A DNA stretch of 63,824 nucleotides, the filler included, from Lenisia limosa (Eukaryota; Protista; Breviatea), in NCBI GenBank assembly GCA_001655205.1. It is 12 parts of 12 records of this genome, joined end to end, with 100 filler letters (N's around TTAATTAATTAA, not from the genome) between each part and the next. Parts side by side here need not be neighbours in the genome. Positions count along the whole stretch, not along the records: positions 10,363 to 30,657 come from LPNZ01009095.1; positions 30,758 to 32,449 come from LPNZ01001954.1; positions 32,550 to 33,852 come from LPNZ01001695.1; positions 33,953 to 38,027 come from LPNZ01008828.1; 8 more parts are not named here. One strand, 5' to 3'. Positions 25,401 through 37,000 of the stretch are shown here, one piece after another; positions within the stretch are counted from its first letter, which is position 1, and each line of letters begins with the position of its first letter. The notes under the pieces are model-generated. The model saw only the letters and a list, made by a program, of their open reading frames with translations, was not told the DNA's origin and ran no database searches. A program made the position numbers and the translations under genes.

Positions 25401-28400
25401 GCAAGAGCCTTAGAAATTCCTGCAATAATGGGGGCAAGAGTGGCAGCAACTTGAGGCCGAAGGTACTCCACATCCCTGATGACAAGCCAACTGCCGCTCT
25501 GTGGGTGTAAAATTGGAAAATTGACGAAACAAACAACTACACCATGGCCACACTATATAGCCCCCCACCATGGCCACGCCTCTGAGCGCGGACACGCCGG
25601 CCGCGGTGTCGATGAGGTTGTCGGAGTGGATAGTGATGCAATGCCGGCCGCACTCGCGAGCCAGCTGATGCATTGTCGTGGCTCTTCCGGAGTCACGCGG
25701 GCCTGGGGTGTAAAATTGGGAAATTTAGGGCTATCTAATAATAATAAAAAAAAAACCCAAAATCAACGAGGGTTGAGAACACAAAGGGGGGGGGGNNNNN
25801 NNNNNNNNNNNNNNNNNNNNNNNNNNNNNNNNNNNNNNNNNNNNNNNNNNNNNNNNNNNNNNNNNNNNNTAGTGAGAGAGCTGCCGGCAGCAACGGACGC
25901 AGTGATGGTGGAGAACAACGAGTGAGCATCGCGAGTAATAACTGCAGACTGGGGGCATCCCAGGTACTCGTAGCCATAGGGCTGAGTGAATGATGCCTGA
26001 GGGTGAGTGAGTAACATGCCGTTTGAATGGGGAGGAAAAGAGAAAAGAAAGAAAGCCTGAGAAAACACAATACCAACCACAAATCGGATATCAAGTACGG
26101 GCCAATCAAAATGATGGGTGCATTCAACAAAGGATGATGAATAGAGTCTCACAAATCCTACCATTTCGACTGTGACTGTTTTGGTTTCAGGATCCCATAC
26201 GTGGCGCAAAAGTGAGCGCCAAAGAACGTTTTTGGCATACTCAAAGTCATCGCATGACTGCAAATCTTCAACTACTGCGCGCCACCACGCCTAAAATGAC
26301 GTAAAAATATGAGTTTCAGTGTTCTGGACTGAGCGGAATTAATCATATCTTGAAATCTCTCTGTCTTTAACATGTCCAACGTATCCATGGGTACCAAGAG
26401 CTCACCAGCTGCAGAATGATGTTGGAAACGGCCAGGTGCACGTGAGTGGGCTGTGTGTCGCGTGAAAGTTCCACCAGCTGTAACGTCATATCATAATACG
26501 GGTAAAGAAGCTAGTTCTTTAACTGCGAACAAGACAATAGCCACAATAAAGCTCTGGTTCTGAGATGACAACCCAGAAATCTTATCCCCCACCCTTGTAA
26601 TGTATCCCCCACCCTTGTAATTTTGTTGTTGATGGAGAGCCCGAGAGCCGCGAGCCCGTTAGCAGGGTCCTCTGTGAAGATCTCCTCGATCTTGGCGGTG
26701 TGGGCTATGGAACATGACGTCAATACGGCCTAAAATGTCAAGAGAAATACAGCTTAAAACGTCGAAGGTCAATATGACTGTAATAACTTTTCTCTTTTCC
26801 CCACCTGTCCAATGAAGGAGGTAGCCCAGCTCTCAATGGCGACAGTGTGGAAGGACTCCACAGCCCTACTAATTTGATTCCTAACGGTGGTCTTGGTCTC
26901 GTCCTACAAGGCTTAGCGAACCGAAAAGGGATTACGTTTAATGTGGTGGATGAGTAGATTATGTTAGGGCTGGCTTGGGAGCTATTTAAACTGAGAGTTA
27001 GCTAGCCCTCTTACCACCACCGCCGCCAGCCAGACTTCCACGTTCTCGGACTGCTGTGATATGACAATTGGCGTGTCCAAGGTCAGCACTTCTCCCTCGT
27101 GACTGGGGAGTTAGGCAACGTTAGAAACTGAGACACAATTTGAAATGATACTGTTTCAAGCGAGAGAATATATGGGCCAAGAAACTCATTTCTATTTTCT
27201 CCAAAACCAGTCCCTCCCTCCCCACCTTGTTAGGGCCACAATTGAGGAGTTTGTGCCGTCTGAATCGTCAGAGCAAATGTGTAATAGGAGGGAGTGGGCA
27301 TTGCAAATAAAATAGCGAATTAAGTTTTCCGAAAGAGTAATGTGATAGAGTCTAATGATTCAGTCAAGATTAAATATAGAGATGAGCTAGTCGCTCAAGC
27401 ATTTCCCTTCCATTTTCGAATCTTTTTCGTGCCTCCCTCACATACACTCATAAACTCAGTCATCCCCACCTTTCTCCCAGACACAAGCGGTGACTCCGGG
27501 CAGGACAGCAGCCAACACCGTGGCCATCGCCTCTTCAGGCTGCGAGGCTCCTGGGGGGAGTAAAATTGGAAAATTTGTGAAATAAAAACAAGCCCAAAAT
27601 CAACTCTATTGGCTGACAACACACAAGGGTTGTTAACCACAAAACACAAAACCCAAGCCAGCCGCTTCTGTAGCACCGCATCCCATCACTAAAGCGCAAA
27701 AGGGGATGGAAGATGGGGGGGGGTACAACTCCATATTGATTGACCAAACGTTTCATGAGTAAGATAGCACTTAGTCCCCCTACCTGCCAGTCCAGCAGTG
27801 GTGGTCTCGGGTGACAGCAGAAGGAGACGGGGGCATGTCAGCCGACGTTGTTCCACTATCTCTACCACTGCCTNNNNNNNNNNNNNNNNNNNNNNNNNNN
27901 NNNNNNNNNNNNNNNNNNNNNNNNNNNNNNNNNNNNNNNNNNNNNNNNNNNNNNNNNNNNNNNNNNNNNNNNNNNNNNTGGTGTGCATTTTGAGTATATT
28001 TTGCGTATATCATTTAAAGCTGAGTTTTAATTCCAAAACATAACGCGACCCACCTTATAGACGATCCTGAGCTCAGCCTTCCAGTCAATGAGCTGCGACA
28101 ACAGGCCTGGTTTATTGGCCAACACGGCGAGCGAGGGTGTCAGCTCAGCCTCCGCTGCCAAGTCCCTTAAGCCGCTGTCTACTCGGTCGAAGAGCTGGGG
28201 GATTAGGAGAAATAAAACAAGTATCTGGGTGATGAATAGCTGCGGGTGTGATGAGGGGTGGAGACCCCATGAATTTCTTGGACCCTATGAGAACATTTCG
28301 ACAGAAGACCAAGCCCATGACAGACCTGAGAAGCCTCAGTGGGGTGTGCGGCTTTGAAGGTATCGGATCTCGCGATACTCTGCATTCCGACCCACAGCTG

Positions 28401-30527
28401 CTGCACTGCCAACCAGGCTCGGAGCACTGACTGTGTGTGGGGTAAAGAGAAAAAACAAATAATAACAAAAAACCCTAAAAACTCAGCATGGAGAAAAATA
28501 ATCAGTAATTGCGATGCCAAATGGTTGCAATTAATTATGAACCGAATATCTCAACAAAAGAAAGACTAATACGAATAATATGGAGGAGTGTATTTAACAT
28601 ATAAGACGGGTCCACAGTCTCAGCCAAGCAATAAACAGCCCACCTCCACGGCCTTCAAACTGCCGCTCCATTTGGCCAGGCTATCAGCAAAGTTGACCGC
28701 ATAACGCGACGCTGATACCGACTACAATGTCACTTGGCTATCAAATAAGGAATAATATGGTATTATCCCCAAGACAAGAATTATCGTTCTTTATTGAGCA
28801 TTAATCGAGAAAATAAGTCTTTCTTCGGACTGTAAGGAAGTCCTAATCATAACGCAAAAGGAGCTTCACAAATCCACGTAAATAACAACCCGGCCCACCC
28901 TTAGTGACTTCTGATGTTCCGCCAGTTGGTCGAAGAGAATGTCATTTTCGACTAGGATTGCATGCCCCTCGTTTCCTGGGGGTGAGGTTAGGGCGAGAAG
29001 GGAACAATAGGCCTGGTCTACAAACATACCTACAGACTGCAGACTAACAGCTCTGCCTCCCCATGCCTCCTCAACCTAAAATGGTTAGAAGTGACTGCAA
29101 TTTCAACATCAAGGTGACACGAACCTTCAAGATAGTCCGTTCTATGCTTGCTTCTCGTCTTGCTCGGTCGCAGATATCTTCCACCTGGTATACATAAGAA
29201 AGACTGTATATGGAGTTGTACCAAGAGAACAGCTTCAGCTGTAGTGTTTCCAGTACAATAACAACAAAAATGCGTCTCAAGTACCGTGGTTGAGAGAGAC
29301 GACAGCTTGAACGCCAAAACATCCCGCAACGTAGCCTTCGCCACCTGTCCAATAAAAAACAGGAGACAATTATCATGGTTCCAGAAATTATAATGGTGTT
29401 TCAATCTTCATTTGAGCAGAAGAATTAAGACTCCACATCAGTCAGCGTTCCCATTTTCCGAGAAAATATTGATACTTCTCGAAGAAGACAGCCAAGCCAA
29501 GCCAGCCCCCGACCGGCAAGACAGTGACACCGGCCGTGCGTGCCAAATTGGCCCAATGCCGATCGCGTACACAGTCGCCTTCTGGGGGGGGGGGGNNNNN
29601 NNNNNNNNNNNNNNNNNNNNNNNNNNNNNNNNNNNNNNNNNNNNNNNNNNNNNNNNNNNNNNNNNNNNNNNNNNNNNNNNACTTTGTGAAAAAATAAAAT
29701 ATGAGAACATGTAGAACACACCACCCACTCAAATTGACCAAAAGAGGCAAGTCGGCTCTGATTTCAGCAATGAAGTTGTCCATTGCTGCCACAATGGGCC
29801 AGTCCAGAATGTTCTAGGTAGTAAAATGACTGGAAAATCGGAGGGAAGTCAAAACAGTTTGGTGGGTATGCCAGAAGAGCAATAATGGCCAATGATGAAA
29901 AGACATGTTTTTAGTATAGTAATCCACCTTAATTTTTTTTTCTCATTGCTATAAACATGTATAATAATGACACCTGCTATACCCATTCCCCCCACTTCGG
30001 AGAGATTGGACAGTAAGCCTCGCCCATCGTTGAGGATTTTGGACAGTGTTTCAGTCTTCACCTCGGTCCACAGTGTATCTGAAAGAGGTAGCAAGAACCA
30101 AGGTAAGTACGCGGCAGAGGATACCTGGCCAATCCCCTCTCCTTCCTCCCCACTGTCTATGTAATCCGTGAGCTTCAATAGGCTCTCAGCGACATCCCAG
30201 CACTCAGTGAGCTGCTGAAGATCTAACACGCACTCTTTTAGGTCCTAGGGGTGGGGGTGACATAAAAAAGAAGAGCATGATTCAATGTTTCATTGGAAAT
30301 CAGAAACTGTCGTTTTTGGAGGTAAAGAGACACCCAGCAACCTGACTTGCCATAAGCGGAATGTCTAAAAGATCAAGTCGATCGTTCAAAGACGTTGTGT
30401 CCGTCTGCAGCACCTCAACCTCGTGGCTCAGACGCTCAATGGCGATTCGCGCGTCATCAACAACAGCTCGGCCTTCGGCCCAGGTTTTCGGAGCCTCCTG
30501 CAGGAACCGGGCTCTGAATGCCGTAAT
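10425..30527 (-). CDS. Highly divergent dynein heavy chain-like protein, linker region to AAA5; C-terminus absent from the contig
   Basis: Exons occur in the expected order. Linker region: CVRDRHWANL, RARREASIE, VLRAWLAVQQLWVGMQSI, KRRWPRCWLLS. AAA1 entry: PYGYEYLG. AAA2 GPTFSGKT and WVIVNG; AAA3 GSNGVGKS and VKLWVHETARV; AAA4 GDSGSGKT and NLHIVLSL. Stalk: ELRAFNPAP, TLLADCLLTAAFI. AAA5: LVSEWQCQGL, MPILLDWHNQ. Confidence 0.9.
11220..11315. mobile_element. hAT-type MITE, family C
   Basis: TAGGGCTTCACTTCGGTTC...GAACCGAAGTGAAGCCCTA is a perfect 19-bp terminal inverted repeat (TIR). Flanks TCCGCACC / TCCACACT match 6/8. Confidence 0.88.
13696..13785. repeat. (TCATTG/TTATTG)n hexamer microsatellite in a dynein intron
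   Basis: Visible directly; it produces the NDNDND and CHCHC ORF artefacts. Confidence 0.9.
18157..18245. repeat. 24-bp minisatellite, about 4 copies
   Basis: Unit ACTCTTCAGCATATGGTACAACC(G/A). Confidence 0.9.
19135..19388. repeat. About 32-bp minisatellite, about 8 copies
   Basis: Unit TTGACACAACACAACAATAAGTTGCAT(TTACGA/AATGA). Confidence 0.9.
21031..21226. repeat. 30-bp minisatellite, about 6.5 copies, two interleaved variants
   Basis: Units GTGAGTATTGGTG(T/A)AATTGCGGCCTAATTA and GTAAGAATCGGTGTA(T/C)TTGCGGCCTAATTA. Confidence 0.92.
21251..21314. repeat. 31-bp tandem duplication
   Basis: TCGAACAAATCTAAGCTGACAATTTCAAGCC, two copies. Confidence 0.85.
22848..22936. mobile_element. Family C MITE with truncated right end
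   Basis: TAGGGCTTTACTTCGGTTCGAAAAAAGACTGAATTT...CGAACCGAAG. Confidence 0.8.
24302..24432 (-). repeat. Family B repeat ending at a dynein acceptor
   Basis: Minus strand CTCGTGTTTG...GGAGTTTCAAATTATTTGGTTCGTGATTAGTACGCC...CTTACCCCCGCCCCCTAG|exon. Confidence 0.8.
24594..24845 (-). repeat. 23-bp minisatellite, about 11 copies, containing the 3' splice site
   Basis: Minus-strand unit ATCACACC(G/T)CAG|GTTCTCGTCAT. The last copy is the acceptor of the exon (G)FSSWISSAGRVTAMI. Confidence 0.88.
27551..27691 (-). repeat. Family A repeat, longest copy (141 bp), ending at a dynein acceptor
   Basis: TAGTGATGGGATGCGGTGCT...GGTTAACAACCCTTGTGTGTTGTCAGCCAATAGAGTTGATTTTGGGCTTG...AAATTTTCCAATTTTACTCCCCCCAG|exon. 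Confidence 0.85.
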
Positions 30528-30893
30528 CTGTATAGATTAGAGTGGTGCTGACTTATTTAGGGGAGGAGGGAGAGTTAAGTAGGAAAGTTTTTGAAACAAA
30601 TAAGCCAAAAATCAACTCTGTTGACTGACAACGCACGAGGGTTGATAACAAAACAAANNNNNNNNNNNNNNNNNNNNNNNNNNNNNNNNNNNNNNNNNNN
30701 NTTAATTAATTAANNNNNNNNNNNNNNNNNNNNNNNNNNNNNNNNNNNNNNNNNNNNCCCCCCCCCCCCGCCTTTTAAGCGAGAGAAATAATATATGATA
30801 CGTATCATATATAGCTATGTCTATATATTAGAAATCCAGGGAAACAAATAAATACATAGGGATACCATGACCCCCCCCCCACCCCCCGCTCAC

Positions 30894-32389
30894 CGAACTC
30901 AGACAGAGAGAAAATGGTCCAAAGTGAAGTGAACGCCAAGTCCAAATCATCCATGTTGTTCTGTGGGGGAGGGGTAAAATTGGAAAATTTATGAAACTAA
31001 AAAGCCCGCATCAACTCTGGGGGTTGAAAGAAGGATATTTTGATACAGAAGATTAGCGTAAAGGTCCCCCCTGGAAAACCCCGGGGCACATTGAACACTA
31101 TACCCCCTTAAATTCCAAAACTTGAGTCCCTAAAAACCCGGATACCTTGAGCATAGTTGCGGTCTCAGTGTGGAACTGAACAGAGTGGAAGTAGGCACGG
31201 GCTTCAGCTAAAAAAAGTTATCAGGGGGAGAGGGAGTAATTTTGGAAAAATTATGAAACAAAAAAAGCCCAAAATCGATCTTCGGTGCTAATACCGTAAA
31301 AGGGGGAGTATGAAAACAATATAAAGCAGTTTGTTGTTATCAACCCTAGTGTGTTGTCAGCCAACAGAGTTGTCCATAACTTCCCAATTTTACCACCCTA
31401 ACCCCCCACGAATACGAGCGACATTGATGAGGACGCCGTACGCCTTCTCAACCACACGGGCGTTGTCAGAAAAGTCCTTCGTGACGTTCAGGACCTGGGC
31501 GGTAAGTTGAGGGTAGGGTTTCCATATGGTCCGAAAAAGACAGGTCAAATATCGATATTAATCGAGGAGATATCGAGATATTCAGTCTTTTTTAGACCGT
31601 AGGGAAGCCCAAAAAAAAGTAAAAATAGAAGTAAAAGCATCAAAAAAGTTGAGAGCAGGAGGTGCAAACACAGAAGTCCGCAGCCAATTTAGGGCAAATC
31701 TATTCCCCAGACAAATCGGCAGGCAGAACAGCTGCAAAAGCGGAAGACAAGGCAACCGCAAGCTTTGCCATGTTATCATGGCGATCCCAACGCAAGTTTT
31801 TTTTCAAGAAAAACGAATAATGAAGTAGCACCTCCAATAGCAACTAAAAAAGTGTAGGTGACTTTTTTTTTGAAAAACTCGAACCGGTTTGCACCCAGGA
31901 AAAAATACGGAAATTTTTTTTTGTTGAGTTCTTTCTATTCCCTCCCTTTTAAGTAGTTAATTCGACACGTCTTTGCACACCCCAAAAAAAGGGAAAATTT
32001 TTCTTAAAAATAAGAATCAATTTATACTGTGATATGACCTCAGCCCCCCCTAGCATAGTCGCGATTTCGTTTTCCTTCCTGGGAGTGGTTTTCTTAGAAA
32101 AAATACAGCAAATTTTCCCGCCCCTACCATAGTGGCCATTTCGTTTTCCAAAAAGAGGACCTTGACAACGTCTGAATCGGTCAAAAAGAGAAAATAGTTT
32201 GAAATCTGCCAAAAAAAAAGAAAATTATAAAAATAAGTCAAAAAGAGAAAATAATAAGAAATTCATATCAAAAGGGCACCATATCCCCCCATTCATACCA
32301 AGACGAGACAGCATTCTCATGGCATCAAGAATGGCGATGAAGGCGTCTTCGTTCTCAGCGTCGCCAAGGAAGCGGTTGAAGGAAACCCT
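30894..32389 (-). CDS. Exons probably from the dynein-like tail, upstream across a linker
   Basis: RVSFNRFLGDAENEDAFIAILDAMRMLS, QVLNVTKDFSDNARVVEKAYGVLINVAR, EARAYFHSVQFHTETATMLK, NNMDDLDLAFTSLWTIFSLSE. Same strand as the dynein gene and loosely tail-like; assignment is tentative. Confidence 0.5.
31514..31610. mobile_element. Family C MITE variant
   Basis: TAGGGTTTCC...GGGAAGCCC ends around the family core. Confidence 0.7.
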
Positions 32390-32574
32390 CTGAAAATGTG
32401 AGGGAATAACTGGTGTGAGGGGGGGGGGGTCAAAAAAATCAACTCTGTTNNNNNNNNNNNNNNNNNNNNNNNNNNNNNNNNNNNNNNNNNNNNTTAATTA
32501 ATTAANNNNNNNNNNNNNNNNNNNNNNNNNNNNNNNNNNNNNNNNNNNNGGTGCAACTTAAATCTGTGTATTTG

Positions 32575-32820
32575 TTCCGTTTTTCGAAAAGCGAATATTC
32601 AGTAGGCAATGTGAACTGAAGGAGGGAACTGATTTCAGCAAAAACCTAAAGTGATAAACCAAAGGAAACTAATAGTGAAAAAAAAAATATACCGAGCAAA
32701 AGCAATATTATAATTGGTATAAACAATCCATACGTTTAGGTCACTTGAAGGCTCCGTAGTAGTTGGGATTAGTTGATTTACAGGAGTAGTGTCGTCAAAC
32801 TTTCTTTTTGTCACTGACAT
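32575..32820 (-). CDS. Putative 5' end of a hypothetical gene
   Basis: Phase-0 splice gives MSVTKRKFDDTTPVNQLIPTTTEPSSDLN-VFAEISSLLQFTLPTEYSLFEKR. Confidence 0.4.
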
Positions 32821-32976
32821 ATTGAAAGCGATCGTATCACTAGGGATGATCAGAAGAGTCAGCAATCAGCATAAGATGGAGGAATTACAAGTTAGTACAT
32901 ATAATATATTACATCATGTGTATAATACTATATCATATTATATCATCTAGTGACACTAGCAATATGATAATATGAT

Positions 32977-33149
32977 CGATTTTCGAGTTGAAATGATGGG
33001 AAAATAACAGGTTCATCCCGAGGGTATCAAAGTGTCATTGAGACTTGTCGATCAATTAACACACGAGTCACGCATGGATATGAGGTCATATCACTGAGTG
33101 GAAAATGATACAGTACAAACATGTGACAATTTCACAAAAGTGATATGAT
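32977..33149. repeat. Dispersed repeat family E, copy 2
   Basis: Collinear similarity to 232-395. Confidence 0.7.
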
Positions 33150-34033
33150 ACATAATGATACAGAATATAATATCATATGATATATTATTAGCTGAATCAA
33201 AACTCAATGTACCCAATACTGACATATAAGGTCCAAGGAAGAGTTCAATGCCATACTGGAAAGTCAGAGAATTAGAAAAGAAACTCTACAATCGCCCTTC
33301 GAATGCAGATTATTACATGATAGGATATTTCAATAGTTAGATGGATTCTCTTCCACTCATTTCACAACAGCTTTGACAGTATCCTATAATGATGTGCTGG
33401 GGTCGAAAGATAATGTTCTTCATTAAAACGACTAACTTATATTCTTTTCCCCATCGTAATATTTCAGTTTTCACTTCAATGAAAATGCGAAGGTAGTAAA
33501 TTTTCGTAAAAACCACAAACATGAGTTTTTGCCTCCATTATTGAAGATATCCTGCACACGACAGCTTTACTGGGGACACTCAGCAAACACTCGTCGGTTG
33601 CTAAGAGGGGATTAAAAAATACTACTGCAATATAGTATAATATCATATATGATACATAATTATATGATTTATATAATCATATATCTATGATATATGATAT
33701 ACCGGTATATATTTCTATTCAAAAACATTAAAAAAAAATATTATGTGATATTATATAGTATATCTGATATATATACTATAATATAATATATCACACCGTC
33801 CATATATCTGTGAATTTTCCTCTATCTGTGAATTTTTTTGAAATATACGAAANNNNNNNNNNNNNNNNNNNNNNNNNNNNNNNNNNNNNNNNNNNNTTAA
33901 TTAATTAANNNNNNNNNNNNNNNNNNNNNNNNNNNNNNNNNNNNNNNNNNNNGTACAGGTGGTTAAATTGCATGTAACATAGTTAGTGGGAGGGTAGACA
34001 ATGAAGGAATTAAGGGGTAAAAATAAGTCTAAC

Positions 34034-37000
34034 ACAATCCCCGGCCCCTTCTATCACCACCACTGACCCTGGCCTTAGCACGAGGTTTCTTAGTTTTGAA
34101 CCAGACGTGGATATCTTTGGCGGCTTCGCCCTTGAATTCGCCGAGACTGTGTGGGGGGGGGGGGGGNNNNNNNNNNNNNNNNNNNNNNNNNNNNNNNNNN
34201 NNNNNNNNNNNNNNNNNNNNNNNNNNNNNNNNNNNNNNNNNNNNNNNNNNNNNNNNNNNNNNNNNNNNNNNNNNNACAAAAACATGAGTATGTCAAATAT
34301 CTCAATCACCCCGTACGACAGTATTAAATTCTGAGCTCATTTCACGTTCATGCCCCATCTGTCACCCCTCCCCACGCAGGTTTGCAAGACTCTAGAAGGG
34401 AGAAGATGACCTCCACAGTAGTCAGCTTGATGTCCAAATGCTTCTCGTGGCTAGGGGTAAGCAGAATCTCGAGTGCACCGTCCACGCCGTTTTCGGGTCC
34501 AAAGACCTGTGAATTCGTAATTTGAATGTACTGTCTGAAAATGATAGTAAATGCTAGGGTAGGAATAACACTCAATTGTTTATCACGGATCTTCTGCATA
34601 TGTCCTTATGGTATCATGTTGGTGGCCTGTCATGTGCCTTTCAACTACACTCACATCTTTGCGTATGTTGAAAAGCTCTTGCTTGCTCTTACTCTGCAAA
34701 GAATGCGTAGTATATGATTTTGTATTAACCTTTTTGGTTACTCAGCTATCATTCCTGACGTATATTATAGCAAAAAAATAAAAAAGGTTGTATCTTGCCG
34801 AAGCCATCACGCTTATAAGAGATATTGGATTATAGTATAATATATTAATACACCCAATCATTTGCCTTACAGTATAATGAGGTTCTCTAACTGTGGATAT
34901 TCTTTTGTACTATACTGCAAAAGAGTATGACGCACCCCTACGATGTGCAGAAGGCCCTTGATGGTGGACACTTCGACCGCATCTCCATAGGCTCGCTGGC
35001 GTTGCTCAAACAGGTCGTCTCTGAGGCATGAGCAGGGCTTCCCTTCGGTACGAAAAAAGACCGTCAAAATATCGATATTTAATGACGATTTTCCGAGAAA
35101 TTCAGCCTTTTTGGGATCGTAGAGAAGCCCTAGGAGCATAGATATGAATATCGTGGTATATGGGCATGTATGAGGGTGTGTAGCGACCAATCACTTGTAT
35201 AAAGGAAGAGGCATATTGCTACCCCAACCAACTTGCTCAGAAGCATGTGGCATTGTGCGTCTCTTCCATCTCTTCCTGCTCTTCCGACCTCCTGAATGTA
35301 GTTCTCGATACTCTGAAGGAGGGGCATGAGAAGGGGGAACTCTGACCACACAATTATATTAAATCTATATCATATATTATACTAATACATGTATATCATA
35401 CGTGGGCTTCTCTCCGGTTCGAAAAAGACCGTGAAAATATCAATATTTATCGAGGATATATCCATAAATTGGGATAGAAGGAATCCTAATCATATGCACT
35501 TACTTTGGGCATGGTGCGATGGATGACAGCGTCGATGTTTGGCTTATTGATACCCATGCCTGGAACGTGAGGGGAATTAGATGAGGGGGGGGGGGGGNNN
35601 NNNNNNNNNNNNNNNNNNNNNNNNNNNNNNNNNNNNNNNNNNNNNNNNNNNNNNNNNNNNNNNNNNNNNNNNNNNNNNNNNNNNNNNNNNNNNNNNNNNN
35701 NNNNNNNNNNNNNNNNNNNNNNNNNNNNNNNNNNAACCGCGGAATTAACTCTGTTAAGCCCCCCACCAAAGGCAATGGTGGCAACGATGATGCGTGTCTT
35801 GTTTTTGATGAACTTGCTCTGGGCTCTTTTTCGCTGTTCACTTTCCATGCCTGCGTGATAGGGAATAGCATCAAGGTTGGACGAACGCAGGAGGGACGCA
35901 ACGTTTTCTGCCTAAGGCGGGTTATACTAAGTTTTTTGGTCGGAAAACACGAGTTGGCAAACCTCCTTTTATAAGGGGGTAAATGGAAATCCAGAATCAA
36001 TATATAATGGAGGGATGGAGGTATCAAGGGAGAGAAAGATACAAGAAAATATCGAAATTAGCATTCAATAAAACATTTTAATCACAAAACACCCCAAATA
36101 CGAATAAAGCCCTCTCCCCCAAAGTAATCTCACCTCAGCCTGGCGGCCGACGTAGACGAGAATACTGCCGAGACTAGCGAAACGCTGACTGGAGGGGGGG
36201 GGAATTGGAAAAAAATTTAACAAAAAAAGCCAGATTCAACTTAGATGAAGAAAGTTGGGAACCACACGAGGATTTGGAAAAACCATAAACCTAGAGGAAC
36301 ATGTATCGGAAACTGGGTTGGAGCTACAATGGGTTGACAAATAAAGTGGGTTGACATATAAAGTGGGTTGACAAATAAAGTGGGTTGACATATAAAGTGG
36401 GTTGACATATAAAGTGGGTTGGAGTTACAATGGGTATTCTCTTTTATTTCTCAATTCAACACAGGCTCCAACCTTTTGAGGAGACTCAGGAGGGAGCTGT
36501 CCTTTTTGTTCTCGGGATCAGCGCTGACCTAATGGGGGGGGGGGGGNNNNNNNNNNNNNNNNNNNNNNNNNNNNNNNNNNNNNNNNNNNNNNNNNNNNNN
36601 NNNNNNNNNNNNNNNNNNNNNNNNNNNNNNNNNNNNNNNNNNNNNNNNNNNNNNNNNNNNNNNNNNNNNNNNNNNNNNNNNNNNNNNNNNNNNNNNNNNN
36701 NNNNNNNNNNNNNNNNNNNNNNNNNNNNNNNNNNNNNNNNNNNNNNNNNNNNNNNNNNNNNNNNNNNNNNNNNNNNNNNNNNNTCTCAGAACCGCATGGG
36801 ACGGAATGCCCAAAGTCCAGGCAAATGACGCGGCAGTTTTCTGTGTCGCTGTAGCGGACAAGGCAAGGATCGTCTACGGGGTCACCAAAGGAAACAATAG
36901 GACGGTGTTGGCGTTATCGAGTACAATAAAATGTTATTAGTGGCAAGTATAGAGATCCCTAAAACTGAACGAAGTACGCAAAGCATGTTGAACAAAGCAT

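Noticed and set aside
31630-32200. Possible transposon remnant with a ~28-bp direct repeat (about 32048 and 32123)
   Set aside because: No termini, TSD or recognisable coding similarity was found.
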